Shown: piece after piece, positions 16,519-26,189 of the stretch
Layout of the letters: each line of letters opens with the position of its first letter
Position numbering within the stretch: the first letter of the stretch is position 1
DNA from: an uncultured Ruminococcus sp.
GTDB lineage: Bacteria > Bacillota > Clostridia > Oscillospirales > CAG-272
Assembly (NCBI GenBank): GCA_900551005.1
Contig: URUL01000001.1
Span: 246-64,245, forward strand
DNA length: 64,000 nucleotides
Reading direction: 5' to 3'
The notes under the pieces: model-generated
Seen by the model: the letters and a program-made list of their open reading frames with translations, nothing else
What the model was told of the DNA's origin: nothing
The model's database searches: none
Made by a program: the position numbers and the translations under genes

Positions 16519-18129
16519 ATGAAAAAAGCGCTGTCTCTCTTCCTTGCGGTAGCGATGCTGGTACTTGTACTGCTTCTTGCCGCATGCGGAGGACAACCGG
16601 AAACAACGACAACAATAACAACAAGCACAAATTCTACAGAAACCACCTCTTCCTTCGACGGCACGACTGCCTCTAAGGAAGATACAGGCACATCCGGCGG
16701 CACAACAGCGACCTCAACGTCAGCTTCCGGAACAACTGCATCCGGCGGCTCTGCAGAGCTGACCGGTAAGGAAAAGCATCCCGACTTCATGGATGTAAAC
16801 TTCGGAGGAAAGACCTTCAACTTTGCCGTCTCCAAAGGTTGGAGCGGCGGCTGGGACTGCTATGAGATCTATGCCGAAGCCACAGGCAATGATAACCTGA
16901 TAACAGAAGCGATCGTAAACCGAAATTCTGTTGTCGAGAGCCTTTACAATTGCAAGATAAGAGATACAAAGACGGACAATCCCGCCGGTCTTATCAGCAA
17001 CGATATTGCTCTCGGTACCAATAACTACGATTTTCTCATGCAGCTTTGGTACAACGTATTGGATGGCATGATGAATATAGCAAACCTCGATATAGATACT
17101 TCCCACAGCTGGTGGAATCAGGACTATATAGAGGCGATGAGCTTCAACTATAACGGTACCAAGATGATCCATTCCCTCTCCGGCAAATTCAACCTCATCA
17201 TGTACGATTCGATCGTATCGCTCTTCGTCGATATGGACTTATATGACCGTTTGGTAGCCGCAGGCAAAACGAATATCGACCTTTATCAGACCGTCAAGGA
17301 CGGCAAATGGACGATCGATACCATGATCACGCTCATGGAACTCGCCACGACCGATACAAACGGCGACCAGCAGATCACCTTCGAGGGCGGAGACATTTTC
17401 GGCTATGCCGCTCATCCGAACATACTGGCACAGTATGGCTTCATTTACGGTGCAGGTATTAAAACCGTCACGAAAGACGAAAGCGGTGCCTATATATGCA
17501 TGAGCCCTGCGACTACCGATGTAACTTTCATCAGCAATGTCATCGATAAAGCTGCGTCCATATATAAGAGCTCCGGCTACAGCAACATAGGCGAGCTGAA
17601 CAGCGTAAAGGCCATAGCAAACGGTCAGTCGCTCTTCAATGTTCAGTGGATGATAAGACTCCATTCGACAGAGGAACTGATAAACTATGGCGTGGACTTC
17701 GGAGAAAAGCGTATCTCCGTTCTGCCCTTCCCGAAATACGAGGAGTCGCAGGAAGACTATGGCACCTTCATCTCGAACAGAGGCTACGGTCTGCGCGTAT
17801 CCAAATCCATAAAGGATCCGAAGGCTATTTCCCAGTTCCTCGAGGTATTCGGCTATCATTCCGAGATGCTTCTCTACCCCGAATATATCAAGTGCATTAA
17901 GACGCAGTGCCTCTGCGATGAAGGCGCGGGCGAGATGCTCGAGATCGTTTTGGATTCCGTCTGCTGTGACTTCGGCATATGGAATGCAAGCACGGGAATC
18001 ATCAACCGAATGGGCGAAATGGTAGTAAGCGGCAAAAACAATTTCTCGAAAGCCCTCGCTTCCGTATCAAAATCAGGTCAGAATATTCTCGATGAAACAA
18101 TGAAGAATACATACGAGAAAATGAACTGA
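16519..18129 (+). CDS. Lipoprotein, extracellular solute-binding-protein-like (paralog 2 of 3)
   Basis: Same architecture as paralog 1. The first ~307 nt are nearly identical to paralog 1 and the remainder is diverged. Confidence 0.85.
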   Translation: MKKALSLFLAVAMLVLVLLLAACGGQPETTTTITTSTNSTETTSSFDGTTASKEDTGTSGGTTATSTSASGTTASGGSAELTGKEKHPDFMDVNFGGKTFNFAVSKGWSGGWDCYEIYAEATGNDNLITEAIVNRNSVVESLYNCKIRDTKTDNPAGLISNDIALGTNNYDFLMQLWYNVLDGMMNIANLDIDTSHSWWNQDYIEAMSFNYNGTKMIHSLSGKFNLIMYDSIVSLFVDMDLYDRLVAAGKTNIDLYQTVKDGKWTIDTMITLMELATTDTNGDQQITFEGGDIFGYAAHPNILAQYGFIYGAGIKTVTKDESGAYICMSPATTDVTFISNVIDKAASIYKSSGYSNIGELNSVKAIANGQSLFNVQWMIRLHSTEELINYGVDFGEKRISVLPFPKYEESQEDYGTFISNRGYGLRVSKSIKDPKAISQFLEVFGYHSEMLLYPEYIKCIKTQCLCDEGAGEMLEIVLDSVCCDFGIWNASTGIINRMGEMVVSGKNNFSKALASVSKSGQNILDETMKNTYEKMN

Positions 18130-18233
18130 CGACGGTCAAAAACGAATTTTTCTCTTCACACCCCCACCCAAAAATCGGAATTATTTTGATCTTTCAAAAT
18201 ATTCAAATATTGCATATGTGAAAGGAAAAAAAC

Positions 18234-19859
18234 ATGAAAAAAGTATTGTCTTTTCTCCTCGCGGTAACGATGCTGGCAGTAACTCTGCTGCTTGCCGCCT
18301 GCGGAGGAGAAAATAAACCCGAAATCACCACGACAACCAGTTCAAAAACCACAGAAGCCACATCATCTGCGACAACGGAAAAGCAGGATGTGACAACGAC
18401 CGACTCCGGCAGTACGACTGCCTCGACACAAGCGACCGATACTTCCGAGACGAGCATCACAAGCAGCTCTTCTCAGACAACCGTCCTTACAGGCAAGGAA
18501 AAGCACCCCGACTTCATGGATGTAAACTTCGGCGGAAAGACATTTAACTTTGTCGTTTCCAAGGGTTGGAGCGGCGGTTGGGATTGCTATGAGATCTATG
18601 CCGAAGCCACAGGCAACGACGATATCATCACAGAGGCGATCATCAACCGAAACTCTGTTGTGGAAAGCCTCTATAACTGCAAGATCAGACATACACAAGC
18701 AGAATATCCCCATCAGCTTGTTGCCAATGATGTTGCACTCGGAACGTCTACCTACGATTTTCATATGCAGCTTTTCTATACCTCTTCAGCCAACGGCATT
18801 AATATAGCAAGCCTTGATATAGACCTTTCGCACAGCTGGTGGAATCAGGAATATATCAATGCGTTCGGTTATACATATAATGGCACGAAGATTCTACCTT
18901 CCATCTCGGGTAAATTTAACCTCATCATGTATGACTCCATCGCGACTATGTTTGCCGATATGGATGTTTACGATCGTGCGGTAGCCTCCGGCAAAACAAA
19001 TATCGACCTCTATCAGACCGTCAAGGACGGCAAATGGACGATCGATACCATGATCGCTCTGATGGAAGCGGCAAAAGTCGATGTAAACGGCGACCAGCAA
19101 CTCAAATTTGAAGACGGAGATATCTTCGGCTTCCTTTCGAACGCAAATGTACTCCCTCAGTACGGCTTCATTTATGGTTCCGGGCTCAAATCCGTCATCA
19201 AAAATGAAAACGACGCTTTCGAAAGCCTGAATACGACCAATACGGACATTTCTTATGTAAGCAGTGTTATCGATAAGGCAGCAACGGTATTCAAGAGCTC
19301 TGCTTACGGTCAGATAGGTGAGCTGAACAGCGTAAAGGCTGTGGCAAACGGTCAGGCGCTCTTTAATGTTCAATGGATCATCAGATTACATTCAAAAGAA
19401 GAGCTCATCAATTACGGTATCGACTTCAGCGAAAAGCGTCTCTCCGTTATCCCCTTCCCGAAATACAGTGAGGATCAGGAAGAATACGGTACCTTTATCT
19501 GCAACCGCGGCTACGGACTCATTGTTCCCAAGACGATAACCGATGCCAAGGCTATTTCTCAGTTCCTCGAGGTATTCGGATATCATTCCGAAATGCTCCT
19601 CTATCCCGAATATATCAAGTGCATCAAGACACAGTGCCTCTGCGATGAGGAAGCAGGCGAGATGCTCGAGATAGTGCTCAAATCCGCACGCTGTGACTAC
19701 GGTGTCTGGAATTTAAATACAGGTCTCGCCGGCAGAATGGGTGAAATGATAGCAAGCGGAAAGAACAACTTCTCCAAAGCTGTCGCTTCCGCATCCAAGA
19801 CTTGCCAGCAGGTTCTTGATTCGGTAATGAAGGATATTTACGATCGATCTGTCAACTGA
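18234..19859 (+). CDS. Lipoprotein, extracellular solute-binding-protein-like (paralog 3 of 3)
   Basis: Lipobox LLLAAC-GG, a different Thr/Ser linker, and a mature domain closest to paralog 2. Confidence 0.85.
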   Translation: MKKVLSFLLAVTMLAVTLLLAACGGENKPEITTTTSSKTTEATSSATTEKQDVTTTDSGSTTASTQATDTSETSITSSSSQTTVLTGKEKHPDFMDVNFGGKTFNFVVSKGWSGGWDCYEIYAEATGNDDIITEAIINRNSVVESLYNCKIRHTQAEYPHQLVANDVALGTSTYDFHMQLFYTSSANGINIASLDIDLSHSWWNQEYINAFGYTYNGTKILPSISGKFNLIMYDSIATMFADMDVYDRAVASGKTNIDLYQTVKDGKWTIDTMIALMEAAKVDVNGDQQLKFEDGDIFGFLSNANVLPQYGFIYGSGLKSVIKNENDAFESLNTTNTDISYVSSVIDKAATVFKSSAYGQIGELNSVKAVANGQALFNVQWIIRLHSKEELINYGIDFSEKRLSVIPFPKYSEDQEEYGTFICNRGYGLIVPKTITDAKAISQFLEVFGYHSEMLLYPEYIKCIKTQCLCDEEAGEMLEIVLKSARCDYGVWNLNTGLAGRMGEMIASGKNNFSKAVASASKTCQQVLDSVMKDIYDRSVN

Positions 19860-19985
19860 AAACAAACCGATCAAATCGGACTTTTAGTGAAAAAGGAGCA
19901 TCCGTCAAGGGATGCTCCTCTCATTTCTTCGGATAGTTTTGCCGTAGTGAAATAAGCAAAAAGTTTCGGCATATCGCTTGCAATC

Positions 19986-20016
19986 AAAAAGGTCTGCGCT
20001 GTGCGCAGACCTTTTT
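19986..20016. terminator. Bidirectional rho-independent terminator between the lipoprotein array and the GH3 gene
   Basis: Perfect 14-bp hairpin AAAAAGGTCTGCGC-TGT-GCGCAGACCTTTTT, with A/T runs on both sides. Confidence 0.75.
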
Positions 20017-20064
20017 GCCATACCATTTATCGGACTTGCTTTCCTGAAATTTCACGGAACGGGA

Positions 20065-23061
20065 TCATCGGATATTTCTTCCCGCGGTTTTTTTGATGAA
20101 GTCCAGTATGCGGCAGGCGGACTCCTCCACGCGCTCGCGAGAAAGCTCACCGCACCTTATCGCTTCGGCAACTGCGGGCGCATTTCCCGATGCCATTTTG
20201 AGGTCATGCCCTGCCGCAAGCTCATTCACATGAACGGAATTATTTTCCCAGTCTGTGACAAGCACGCCGGAAAAACCGAATTCATCACGCATTATATTTT
20301 TGCAGATAACGCTGTCCTCGGGCACCTTTTTGCCGTTGATAAAATTATATGATGTCATGATAGCGTACGGCGACGATTCTTTTATCGCTATCTCAAAGCC
20401 GCGCATATATATTTCGCGCAGAGCTCTTGCCGAAATGAAGCTGTCCGACTGGAGACGGCGGTATTCCGTACTGTTTGCGGCAAAATGCTTTATCGTAGCG
20501 CCTACGCCGCAGCTCTGCACTCCGCGAACAACGGCAGATGCGATTTTTCCCGTTACAAGCGGATCCTCCGAGTAATATTCAAAGCTTCTTCCGCAGAGCG
20601 GATTGCGATGAATATTCATGCCGGGAGCAAGCCACATATCGATATGATAGAGCAGACATTCCGCGCCGACAGATCTGCCGAACTCTTCCGCAAGAGCCAT
20701 ATTCCATGTGCATGCAAGCATTGTCCCCGAAGGATAGACAGTGGTATTTCTCTGGAGCCGCAAGCCCACGGGACCGTCAGACCAATATGTCTCGGGAATG
20801 CCGTATTTCTCGCTGTAAGCTATCTGTCCTCTTTCGTTTCCGCAGGTGAGTGACGCAAGCTCGTCATCGCTCATTGAGCGCACTACATCATCTGCCGTTA
20901 TTTCTCCGCGAACATAGCGCGAAAACATGCCGTCGCCATATCCTTCCGGTATACGGCGCATATATTCCTTTTCCTCGGTTTTTTCACCGCCGACGCTCTC
21001 ATGAGTGCGGCACGCCGCTTCTGTTTCGCAAGACAGGCTCGGCTTCACCTCAAAATATGCTATCTCGGGAGAAGTGCATGTGACGGAAACTATTTTCAGA
21101 TAGCATTCTCCGCGTGGAAGCGCAAGGCGAAAAGGCTTTGAAGTCTTATAGATGATATCGCCTTCCTTTTCCGCCGTCTTCTCCAATATGACATTTCCAA
21201 GCTCACGGCGCACATTTGAAACAAGCACAGAGAAGCAGTCCGAGAGTGCCATATCATCATACGGATTATAATACCGGAGAGAAAAATCATAGATTCCCGC
21301 CTTGTCAACATCGAGCCGGTATGTAGCATATCTTCCCGGCGTGTGCATGCGTGCGAGCGAGAAGCCATGCGCTATCTCCGCATTATCGGAAAAGGGACGA
21401 GAAACAACATAGAGTGCACATTCGCAGAATCTTCCTCCCTCTATAAGCGACTTGTCTCCGCTTATGACAACAGGTGAATCATCCTTTTGGAAAACGAGCA
21501 CGGCAAAGCGGTCATCGCGCTTGGTCCGGACGCAAAGAAGCACCTTTCCTGCCGAGAAAACGGCTTCTCCGCCGAATATTTCGGCTCTTCCCGCGCGTAT
21601 CTCAAATTCATCAAATGAAAGGGGCACGCCATTTGCATCCTCGAGTGATATCTTATACGTTCCCTGCACCGATATATTGAAAAGCTTTTCCGCAGTTCCG
21701 CCTGAAAATGACATTTCTGCTCTTGTCTCTCCGACAGGTGCGACGAATACGCCATCCGATGGGTCTGCCTCCATATGCTCGAGTGCCTCATATCTGCCGC
21801 CGAGACAGAGCCTTTCATCAAGACGCGTGCCCATGTGCGTGCATTTTTTCACCACGCAAAGCGCGGTCTGCTCATATGTTCCGCAGAAGCGCAGACTCCC
21901 CATGTCATTTCCATAGTAAACTCCGTATTCTCCTGCTTCCAGTACCCATGAATCCGACTCGCCCGTCTTGCCGCTGTCATCAAAGCTTGCCATATCCGAA
22001 ATATCAAAACGCAGTCTGAGAATTTCGCTTTCACCCGCTTCGAGCAGGCGGGTCTTAGCAAAGGCGCGAAGCTCATATTTCGGCTTTTCGAGGGCGCCCG
22101 CAGGAGAAGAGGAATAGAGCATCACCGTCTCTTTGCCTGCTCTTTTGCCAACATTGCTGACCTTTACCTCAGCGCATATCGCGCCGCTCTCTGCCGCAAA
22201 TGAGACGCGCTCCATAGAAAATTCCGTATATGAAAGACCAAAGCCGAAATGATAGAGCACGCTCTCCCGTGCTTTATCAAAGCTCTCAAAATACCTGTAG
22301 CCTACGAAAATATCTTCTTTATACTTTTGTATAATACCGCCGCGTGATCCGAAGTCCTCTGCCGACGGGCATTTTTCATACGGTGTTATCGCCGTATCCG
22401 TCAGCTTGCCCGAAGGAGAGACCGCACCCGTCAGCACGCGTGCAAGCGCCCGTCCGCCCTCCATACCCGGCATGGAGAGAAGCAGGAGAGCCTTCACATA
22501 AGGTCGGCGTGAAAATGACATATCCATCAGATTGCCTGAATTTATAACCACTATCACATCGTCAAAATGTCTGCCGAGAGCAGATAGCATCTCCTCCTCG
22601 CCGTCTGATAGCAGATAATCTCCGACAGTCGGAAAGGCATCATCGTTTTCACCCGCCGTTCTTCCTATGATAAAGACGGCTTTCTTTGCCCCGCGCGATA
22701 CGCTCGCGGCGATATCCTCTTCCGAAAGAGGCATTTCTTCGTTTATATGAGATCCGCTTCCCCATACGTCAAAATTACGGATGGGATTTTCCGCCGTCCA
22801 AGCGCGGTATTTCTCTGCAAGCACCTCATCGCATGAAATACCCGCTTCCTCCATGCTGTCAAGTATCTCTGCGCAATACTCGCATGTGCAGAAGGCAGAG
22901 CCCGTCCCGCATTTTATGAGGTTGCACTGCGTTCTGCCGAAAACGGCGACCTTCTCCTCTCCGAGCGGAAGCACGCCCTCGTTTTTCAGCAATACCATTC
23001 CCTCTTCGGCTATCTTTTGTGCCAGTGCATAGCGCTCGTTTTTATCGTTATAGTTATCCAT
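20065..23061 (-). CDS. Glycoside hydrolase family 3 (beta-glucosidase/xylosidase-like) with reversed domain order
   Basis: 998 aa. The N-terminal ~250 aa match the GH3 C-terminal (alpha/beta sandwich) domain (VLLKNEGVLPL...PSGKLT). A Fn3-like segment follows (HFGFGLSYTEF...), then an unassigned ~300-aa region. The GH3 catalytic TIM-barrel domain is at the C-terminus (WSDGPVGLR...KHFAANSTE...GFSGVLVTDW, with the nucleophile Asp in TDW). Confidence 0.85.
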   Translation of the reverse strand: MDNYNDKNERYALAQKIAEEGMVLLKNEGVLPLGEEKVAVFGRTQCNLIKCGTGSAFCTCEYCAEILDSMEEAGISCDEVLAEKYRAWTAENPIRNFDVWGSGSHINEEMPLSEEDIAASVSRGAKKAVFIIGRTAGENDDAFPTVGDYLLSDGEEEMLSALGRHFDDVIVVINSGNLMDMSFSRRPYVKALLLLSMPGMEGGRALARVLTGAVSPSGKLTDTAITPYEKCPSAEDFGSRGGIIQKYKEDIFVGYRYFESFDKARESVLYHFGFGLSYTEFSMERVSFAAESGAICAEVKVSNVGKRAGKETVMLYSSSPAGALEKPKYELRAFAKTRLLEAGESEILRLRFDISDMASFDDSGKTGESDSWVLEAGEYGVYYGNDMGSLRFCGTYEQTALCVVKKCTHMGTRLDERLCLGGRYEALEHMEADPSDGVFVAPVGETRAEMSFSGGTAEKLFNISVQGTYKISLEDANGVPLSFDEFEIRAGRAEIFGGEAVFSAGKVLLCVRTKRDDRFAVLVFQKDDSPVVISGDKSLIEGGRFCECALYVVSRPFSDNAEIAHGFSLARMHTPGRYATYRLDVDKAGIYDFSLRYYNPYDDMALSDCFSVLVSNVRRELGNVILEKTAEKEGDIIYKTSKPFRLALPRGECYLKIVSVTCTSPEIAYFEVKPSLSCETEAACRTHESVGGEKTEEKEYMRRIPEGYGDGMFSRYVRGEITADDVVRSMSDDELASLTCGNERGQIAYSEKYGIPETYWSDGPVGLRLQRNTTVYPSGTMLACTWNMALAEEFGRSVGAECLLYHIDMWLAPGMNIHRNPLCGRSFEYYSEDPLVTGKIASAVVRGVQSCGVGATIKHFAANSTEYRRLQSDSFISARALREIYMRGFEIAIKESSPYAIMTSYNFINGKKVPEDSVICKNIMRDEFGFSGVLVTDWENNSVHVNELAAGHDLKMASGNAPAVAEAIRCGELSRERVEESACRILDFIKKTAGRNIR

Positions 23062-23073
23062 GATTTTCTCCCT

Positions 23074-24849
23074 TTACAGCTTTTTAACACTCAGCTTCGG
23101 CGTAACATATGCCGTATAATTGGAATAGTATACGACCTTGCCCGGCTTTGCCCCGCTTGGCTTTTTAAGATTTTTTACAAGTGTATAATCAACTGCCGCA
23201 TTCTGCGTATCGGATATGCTCGAGTAATATGCGGCAAGCTCCGCCGCCTCGGTAAAATCGCGTGCGTCCGGCGCTTCGCCCTGCTCACAAAGCATGATCA
23301 CATGCGCACCCGCGCTGTTTTTGACATGAAACCACCAATCGTGCTTTCTCGCCAGCTTCATGCTGACAAAATCGTTCTGAATATTGTTCCTGCCGCAGAT
23401 AAGCTCACGTCCGCCGGAGGTAATAAATCTTGCCGGCTTCGGCACATGCTTGTCTGCCGACTTCTGATTTCCCTTTTCTGACGACTGATGCAGATATCCG
23501 CCGAGAATGAGTTCTCTCCTTATCTCGTCTATATCCGCCTCGCTCTCGCACAGGGCAACGGCGCCCTCGACGCTTGCGAGATATTCCAGATCAGTCTCTG
23601 CTATCTTTATCTGCTCGGCGAGTATCTCCTTCGCCGTCTTAAGCTTTGTATATTTTTTGTAGTAACGTGCGGCATTCTGAGAAGGTGTGAGCTTTTCATC
23701 CAACGGGATGCGAACAGTCTCTATCTTATCGCCGTCACAGCTGTAATAGTCGGGCACATCAGCATATTTGGCTTTCTGCTTTAACATATAGGCAGAGGCG
23801 GTTATCAGGTCGCCGAAACGCTTGTATTTGTCCATCTCATCGCAGTCCGCGAGTTCTTTTTTCAGTATATTCAGCTTCTTTGCAAGCTTTGCGCGGTTGC
23901 CCGATACAGCCGTATGTATGTCATGCGTTTTCTGTCTCAGAATAGCCGCCGTATCCTTGCTTTCAAAATAAAAATCCAGCATGGATGAAAAGCTTGAGAA
24001 GCATCTCTTTTTCGCGTTCTCGCCGTATTGCACAATATCCGTAAAGGAAAAATCAAACGGTTCACCGCTCTCTCTCATGACCACCGTGGGTACAGCACCG
24101 TCGCTCCCGGATGTGCCCGATGCCGCACCGATGGCCGCAGAGAAGGCTGTCCACAGCTTTTCACACTCGACATCACAGCAGAGCTTTCCGAGCGCGCCCG
24201 CACGGAAAGCAACCTCTCTTGCCGCTATCGGCGCAAAGCCCGCATATGCCGAGAGAATAAATTCGTCACAGGGTTTTTCACCCGAGGCACGCATGCGCGA
24301 GACAAAGCCGTCGTACGTTTCCTCTATCGGCATAGCTTTCCCCTGGGAGGGCGGAAGCTCATATTCCGCTCCCGATACGAGAGGACGCTTTCCCTCCGTG
24401 ATATCGCCCGAGCGGAGAATGCCGAGTATCTTCTTTTTGCCGTCTATATCTCCCGCATAGATGATATTGCTGTATTTTCCCATGATCTCAATGATAAGGT
24501 ATCTCTTGCAGACAAAGCCGAGCTCGTCATGGGAATCGAGCGCGATCTCCACCGCCCTCTCAAAGCCGAGCGTGTATATGCCCGCTATGGTAGCACCCGA
24601 GATATGCCGGCGGAGCTGCTGACAAAAGGACGGCGGTGTCTTGGGATTTTCGCGCACCGTCTCCGTTATGCCCACACGGGCAGCACCGGGCGTGGCGCAG
24701 AGCAGCAGTCGGCGCGTCTCCCCTCCTCTGCGACAGAGGATCACCACGGTGTAGCGCGAGGGCTGATATATTTTTTCTATTTTTGAGCCGGAAAGCGCCG
24801 CATCAAGCTCATGCGAAACGCAAACGGCAGTAAAGGTATCAAAAGACAT
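23074..24849 (-). CDS. rqcH: Ribosome quality-control protein RqcH (NFACT/FbpA family)
   Basis: 591 aa. It has an NFACT-N N-terminus (FDTFTAVCVSHELDAALSGSKIEKIYQP), a central coiled coil, and a C-terminal NFACT-R/DUF814 domain (ICGRNNIQNDFVSMKLARKHDWWFHVKNSAGAHVI). Confidence 0.85.
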   Translation of the reverse strand: MSFDTFTAVCVSHELDAALSGSKIEKIYQPSRYTVVILCRRGGETRRLLLCATPGAARVGITETVRENPKTPPSFCQQLRRHISGATIAGIYTLGFERAVEIALDSHDELGFVCKRYLIIEIMGKYSNIIYAGDIDGKKKILGILRSGDITEGKRPLVSGAEYELPPSQGKAMPIEETYDGFVSRMRASGEKPCDEFILSAYAGFAPIAAREVAFRAGALGKLCCDVECEKLWTAFSAAIGAASGTSGSDGAVPTVVMRESGEPFDFSFTDIVQYGENAKKRCFSSFSSMLDFYFESKDTAAILRQKTHDIHTAVSGNRAKLAKKLNILKKELADCDEMDKYKRFGDLITASAYMLKQKAKYADVPDYYSCDGDKIETVRIPLDEKLTPSQNAARYYKKYTKLKTAKEILAEQIKIAETDLEYLASVEGAVALCESEADIDEIRRELILGGYLHQSSEKGNQKSADKHVPKPARFITSGGRELICGRNNIQNDFVSMKLARKHDWWFHVKNSAGAHVIMLCEQGEAPDARDFTEAAELAAYYSSISDTQNAAVDYTLVKNLKKPSGAKPGKVVYYSNYTAYVTPKLSVKKL

Positions 24850-24924
24850 TTTTCTCCTTTATCGAAAAAAACGCGGGCAGACAAAGGACACTATTTCCCA
24901 TGCCTTCCCGCTTTTTTCTTACTT

Positions 24925-26073
24925 TTATTTCATGGATTTTACGTTTATCTTATCATATATCTTCTGATCATAAGCGTAGCAGACCATATTCTGCGCATAT
25001 GCGTTGACGACCGCTCTGTACTCGCTGTACTGCGGCGTATACTGCGAAGAACTCGAGGCATACAGGCGGAAGATCGCCTCACCGACAGTCGATTCGCCGT
25101 ATACAAAGTCTTCATCAAAGCCGAGTCTCTTGATGATGCAGAAGTAACCGAACTCCTCATCGTAATCGCCCGTGAGGATTTCGCTCACATCGCCTATCTC
25201 CATTCCGTTCACTGTCATGGAGACGAAGCTTGTAACGGAAGAAGCATCGGTATTTCCCGCGCCGAGGATGGCAGAGCCCGAATCAAAATAGATCTCGCTG
25301 TCCGAAATGCCGCTGTCATATTTCTTGATAACGTCATTTATCGAAGCACCTGCATCAAGCTCCGCTTTTGCCGCATTGATCTTTTCCTGTGCTTCCTTTT
25401 CGGAGGAAGCATCGCCCTTTGTAAAGAGCACGAGCACCTGCTTTATATGGAAATAATTCTTTTCCGCATGCTGCACCGCATCGGGTGCTATATGCTTCTT
25501 CACTCTCGAGGAGAGCAGAGTGCGCAGATAGGAAAACTTCACGTGAGCTTCCGTTGTGCCGAGGCGCTCGAAAAGCTTCTGATACATATCGTCGGTATAG
25601 CTGCCTATATCCTCTATATCATCTGTTTTTCCGTTTTGCTCGAGATACTTTATCAGATTTGCCTTGTATTCGTTCTCGAAAGAATCATAATCCTCCTGCG
25701 TCAGACCGACACCGTATTTCTCGGCTATGGCATAGAGCGCATAATATTCAATGAGATCGTCCTCTGTTTTTTCTTTTATTGCTTTTGTCTGTTCGTCTAC
25801 CGTGGTGAAAAGAAGCTTATGGTTCTCATCCTCGAGGATTCCGTCTCCGAGAAGAGATTTATAATACATGAAAATGCCGTAATACTCATCGAACGGAACA
25901 AGATATTCCTGCTTGCCGTCGCCTATATCAAGCACGAGGCGGAGTGCATAGTCAACATTGATCCGTCTGCCCATCCAGTTATAGAGACCGGGCTTTTTCT
26001 CACACGCGGTAAAAGCACCGAGTGAGAGGATAAGCGCAAATAAGACGCAAAGTATTTTTGTAAATCTTTTCAT
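24925..26073 (-). CDS. PrsA/SurA-like peptidyl-prolyl isomerase lipoprotein (putative foldase)
   Basis: Lipobox LSLGAFTAC-EKK. It has a parvulin-like segment HIKQVLVLF...INDVIKKYDSG...GYFCIIKRL. Confidence 0.6.
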   Translation of the reverse strand: MKRFTKILCVLFALILSLGAFTACEKKPGLYNWMGRRINVDYALRLVLDIGDGKQEYLVPFDEYYGIFMYYKSLLGDGILEDENHKLLFTTVDEQTKAIKEKTEDDLIEYYALYAIAEKYGVGLTQEDYDSFENEYKANLIKYLEQNGKTDDIEDIGSYTDDMYQKLFERLGTTEAHVKFSYLRTLLSSRVKKHIAPDAVQHAEKNYFHIKQVLVLFTKGDASSEKEAQEKINAAKAELDAGASINDVIKKYDSGISDSEIYFDSGSAILGAGNTDASSVTSFVSMTVNGMEIGDVSEILTGDYDEEFGYFCIIKRLGFDEDFVYGESTVGEAIFRLYASSSSQYTPQYSEYRAVVNAYAQNMVCYAYDQKIYDKINVKSMK

Positions 26074-26189
26074 TTTGAACTCCGTTTGCTTATTTATTAT
26101 TTAAACCGACTGTAAAAATAGTGTCCGAAGAATTGATTATGTTTATATTATCACAAATCGCCGTAAATTTCAACTTATATTTTGAATTT

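Noticed and set aside
14737-16835. Minus-strand ORFs 14737..15204 and 16440..16835 with nearly identical Val/Pro-rich translations
   Set aside because: They are the antisense image of the duplicated Thr/Ser-linker 5' segments of lipoprotein paralogs 1 and 2. The duplication explains their similarity, and they are not genes.
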